In this document: positions 26,194 through 28,323 of the stretch, piece by piece
How positions within the stretch are numbered: the stretch's first letter is position 1
How the letters are laid out: each line of letters starts with the position of its first letter
From: a virus
Taxonomy: Duplodnaviria > Caudoviricetes
DNA length: 28,323 nucleotides
IMG/VR virus record: IMGVR_UViG_3300043932_000107
Coordinates: 1 to 28,323 of that record
Strand: one strand, 5' to 3'
Made by a program: the position numbers and the translations under genes
Notes under the pieces: generated by a model
Database searches by the model: none
What the model saw: only the letters and a program-made list of their open reading frames with translations
Told to the model about the DNA's origin: nothing

Positions 26194-26351
26194 ATCTTTT
26201 GGGAAAGATCTTTAGACCAATTTCCCGCCCGCCAATCATCCACACTCCACGCGGCCTCAAACCGCGCGAGCATGGGGAGAGTTTCCACAGCGATGTGATG
26301 TTTTCGTGGGTTGAAGTGCAAGAGGAAAACCATCAATAAATATGCATCACA

Positions 26352-26627
26352 TCACACGCGTGGATTACCGCCTGCACGGATAGCTCCGTCATACGCCACC
26401 ACGCGCTCCAGCGCGTACTCCAGCCAGCGCAGGTCATTCGCTGGCGCCTCGACCGGCTCTCCAGCCACATCCACAGTCTCAGTCCCTACCAGCTCGCCAT
26501 CCCGAAAAACCGGATAGAGGCCGACAACGTACGCCTCAAGCGCGCCATCCTCCGCATCGAATGAAACGCCGTAGAGATCCTTATCAGAGCACGCTGCCTC
26601 AAACGCTACCTCGCCCGCAAAATCCAT
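26352..26627 (-). CDS. Small acidic hypothetical protein (91 aa; alternative start 26648)
   Basis: GGTGAG before ATG 26627; about 19 D/E versus 6 K/R; TATAGT -10 candidate at 26693-26698. Confidence 0.6.
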   Translation of the reverse strand: MDFAGEVAFEAACSDKDLYGVSFDAEDGALEAYVVGLYPVFRDGELVGTETVDVAGEPVEAPANDLRWLEYALERVVAYDGAIRAGGNPRV

Positions 26628-26742
26628 CGAGTACTCACCAGCGGACAAAACCCGACACGCACCAAGGAGCTACTCAAAAGAGCCGCTTGACAACTATAGA
26701 AGCATCACACTTTCTCGCACAGTCCATAGCAGACACCGAAGG

Positions 26743-28059
26743 TCATATGGTGTGGGTGGTTTGTCGTGATTCTGGTAGTAGTGGCGCGAGTACGTCATTG
26801 ATTGCGTTCGCCGCCACTTCTGCGTCTCCGTGGAGGTATGACCGGACGAGTTTTGTTTGTCCGACAAGCATTTCGATGATGTGGTCTGGCGTGCCGGCGT
26901 CGGCGAGCATAGAGATCATCGAATGACGTGCTTCGTGGAGTAGGTAGAATTCGCCTTCGTCTCGTTCGGGATCTGGCTTACGTTTGTAGACTCCTGCGGC
27001 TTCTTGGACTTGTTTCCATTCGGAAAGGTCTTGTTTGGGGTTACGTGGATACCCGAGGTATTTTTTCATGCCGGAGATGCGCGGAAATACCAGATTGTTC
27101 GGGTTCGCCTCTCCTTCAGGGCACTCTGTCTTCCATGTTTTGAGTTCGCTAGCGACTTGCTTGATCATTGGTAGTTCGCGTTGTCCGGATTTGGTTTTCG
27201 TTGGCACGAGATGCCAGGAGTCGACGAGGTGGATTACTTCGTCTTCGTCTTTGTGGAGGTATTCTCCGGTAGTTGGGTCTTTGGGTAGTTGCTGTACTTG
27301 GTAGGTGAGCATGATTGCGCCGTGGATTAGTTCGCTGTCGGGGACGTTGTTGTAGAAGATGATCCTGTCCCACGTGAGTCCGAGGATTTCGTTTTGGCGT
27401 GATCCGTAGAGGACTGCGAGGAAGAGTCGGATGGCGTCGGGGTACATTTCGTATGCTTTAGTGAAGACTTTCGCGACTTCGAGTTTGCTCATCGCTTTGC
27501 GTTCCGATGTTCCTCTCCCTGCCTTTTCTTGGGCGAAGATCCTCTCGGGGACTTTGTAGCCGTCGGCTACTGCTGCGCGCAGCAGCTTACTGAGCGTCCT
27601 TTGGGCGGAGTTCGCGGTCGAGAGACTTTTCCCTTCTTTTCGGACGGCGCTCGCGATTTCCCGCATATGGGCCGCTGTGAGGTCTTCAAGCGCCACAGGA
27701 CCTATTTGAGGGATAATCCATTTTCTGATGTTGGCGTTGTCGCTTGCCAGGGTTTTGGGCCGTACGCGACCAATGCGGCTCGTCTGCCATATCTTGCACC
27801 ACCCTGCGACCGTTTGGTTTGGTTTGACCTGTTCGGGCCGTGGTCCTTCGATGAGATATTTCTTCTTCGCCGCGAGGAATTTTTGCCACGCGGTGTCTTC
27901 ATCCCTGGAAGAGGCTGTTACGACGAGGCGAGTGCCTTTGGAGTTAACTCGTCCAGTGTCGTATCGTCCAACCCAGAGTTGACGTTGCGGGTTCCATTTG
28001 AATGAGCCTTCGCCGTATCTGGTTTGGTGCGCTTTCTTTGGGCGTTTTGGTGTTGGCAT
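26743..28059 (-). CDS. int: Tyrosine integrase
   Basis: N-terminal RYGEGS arm-binding region; catalytic motifs GSRQNEILGL, KTKSG, HEARH and C-terminal Y. Confidence 0.95.
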   Translation of the reverse strand: MPTPKRPKKAHQTRYGEGSFKWNPQRQLWVGRYDTGRVNSKGTRLVVTASSRDEDTAWQKFLAAKKKYLIEGPRPEQVKPNQTVAGWCKIWQTSRIGRVRPKTLASDNANIRKWIIPQIGPVALEDLTAAHMREIASAVRKEGKSLSTANSAQRTLSKLLRAAVADGYKVPERIFAQEKAGRGTSERKAMSKLEVAKVFTKAYEMYPDAIRLFLAVLYGSRQNEILGLTWDRIIFYNNVPDSELIHGAIMLTYQVQQLPKDPTTGEYLHKDEDEVIHLVDSWHLVPTKTKSGQRELPMIKQVASELKTWKTECPEGEANPNNLVFPRISGMKKYLGYPRNPKQDLSEWKQVQEAAGVYKRKPDPERDEGEFYLLHEARHSMISMLADAGTPDHIIEMLVGQTKLVRSYLHGDAEVAANAINDVLAPLLPESRQTTHTI

Positions 28060-28075
28060 TGGTCACTCCCCCAAG

Positions 28076-28098
28076 GTCTACACATTAGTCTACACATT
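28076..28098. repeat. Tandem 11-bp direct repeat, probable integrase arm-type sites
   Basis: GTCTACACATT at 28076-28086 and 28088-28098, about 100 bp from the att core. Confidence 0.6.
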
Positions 28099-28196
28099 GA
28101 GGCGCTATCACCACGGTATCACTACGGGCCGCGCCATGACTGTAAATGGCTTTTTACCTGCTGTTTTACGTGTCCTAGCGTACGCCAATTATTAGT

Positions 28197-28251
28197 GAGC
28201 GTCTGCCTCCGGAGCAGAAGGCCGCAGGTTCGAATCCTGTTCGGGGCACCA
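28197..28251 (+). other. att core: 3' portion of tRNA-Arg(CCG), probable attR
   Basis: Anticodon arm TCTGC-CTCCGGA-GCAGA, T-arm GCAGG-TTCGAAT-CCTGT, ends GGGGCACCA; no matching 5' acceptor strand or D-arm upstream. Confidence 0.85.
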
Positions 28252-28288
28252 ATGCGAATCTCACGCGTACATGCGAATCTCACGCGTA
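28252..28288. repeat. Tandem duplication with 19-bp period immediately after the att core
   Basis: ATGCGAATCTCACGCGTA at 28252-28269 and 28271-28288. Confidence 0.85.
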
Positions 28289-28323
28289 GCTTTTTCTAGT
28301 CGGATAGGGCATTTCCCCAAGAA

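Larger units (their letters stand above)
1..28251. mobile_element. Temperate siphovirus prophage, late/structural half through integrase and att core (left end lies outside the window)
   Basis: Canonical packaging-head-tail-lysis gene order, a tyrosine integrase, and a tRNA 3' fragment at the right end. Confidence 0.95.

Noticed and set aside
26292-26353. 9-bp inverted repeat GATGTGATG/CATCACATC
   Set aside because: Short, widely spaced and low complexity; no supporting context.
28170-28251. Complete tRNA-Arg gene
   Set aside because: Upstream sequence cannot form the 5' acceptor strand (GCCCCGA expected) or a D-arm; only the 3' part is present.

Overview
This window is the late half and right end of a temperate siphovirus (prophage) from a high-GC host, probably an actinobacterium. 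On the + strand the order is: late-regulator-like gene, HNH, putative cos region, small and large terminase, portal, minor head protein, scaffold, major capsid, head-tail connectors, major tail, tail-assembly chaperones, tape measure, baseplate and fibre genes, then an NlpC/P60 endolysin, holin and a third lysis-module gene. An accessory region follows, then a minus-strand tyrosine integrase and an att core made of the 3' part of a tRNA-Arg(CCG). The standout feature lies just after the lysis module: a cas-less repeat-spacer-repeat CRISPR mini-array (24866-24973) with type I-G (I-U)-like repeats, its own promoter and its own terminator. It is flanked by a duplicated gene end, which suggests acquisition by recombination. 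It also converges on an operon built like an acr-aca locus (strong promoter with a palindromic operator, a small unknown gene, an HTH gene). Several small antisense 'moron' genes missed by the ORF track, a duplicated chaperone/membrane-protein module and recurrent RNA hairpin motifs are also visible. All product calls come from motifs and synteny read by eye; no database search was run.
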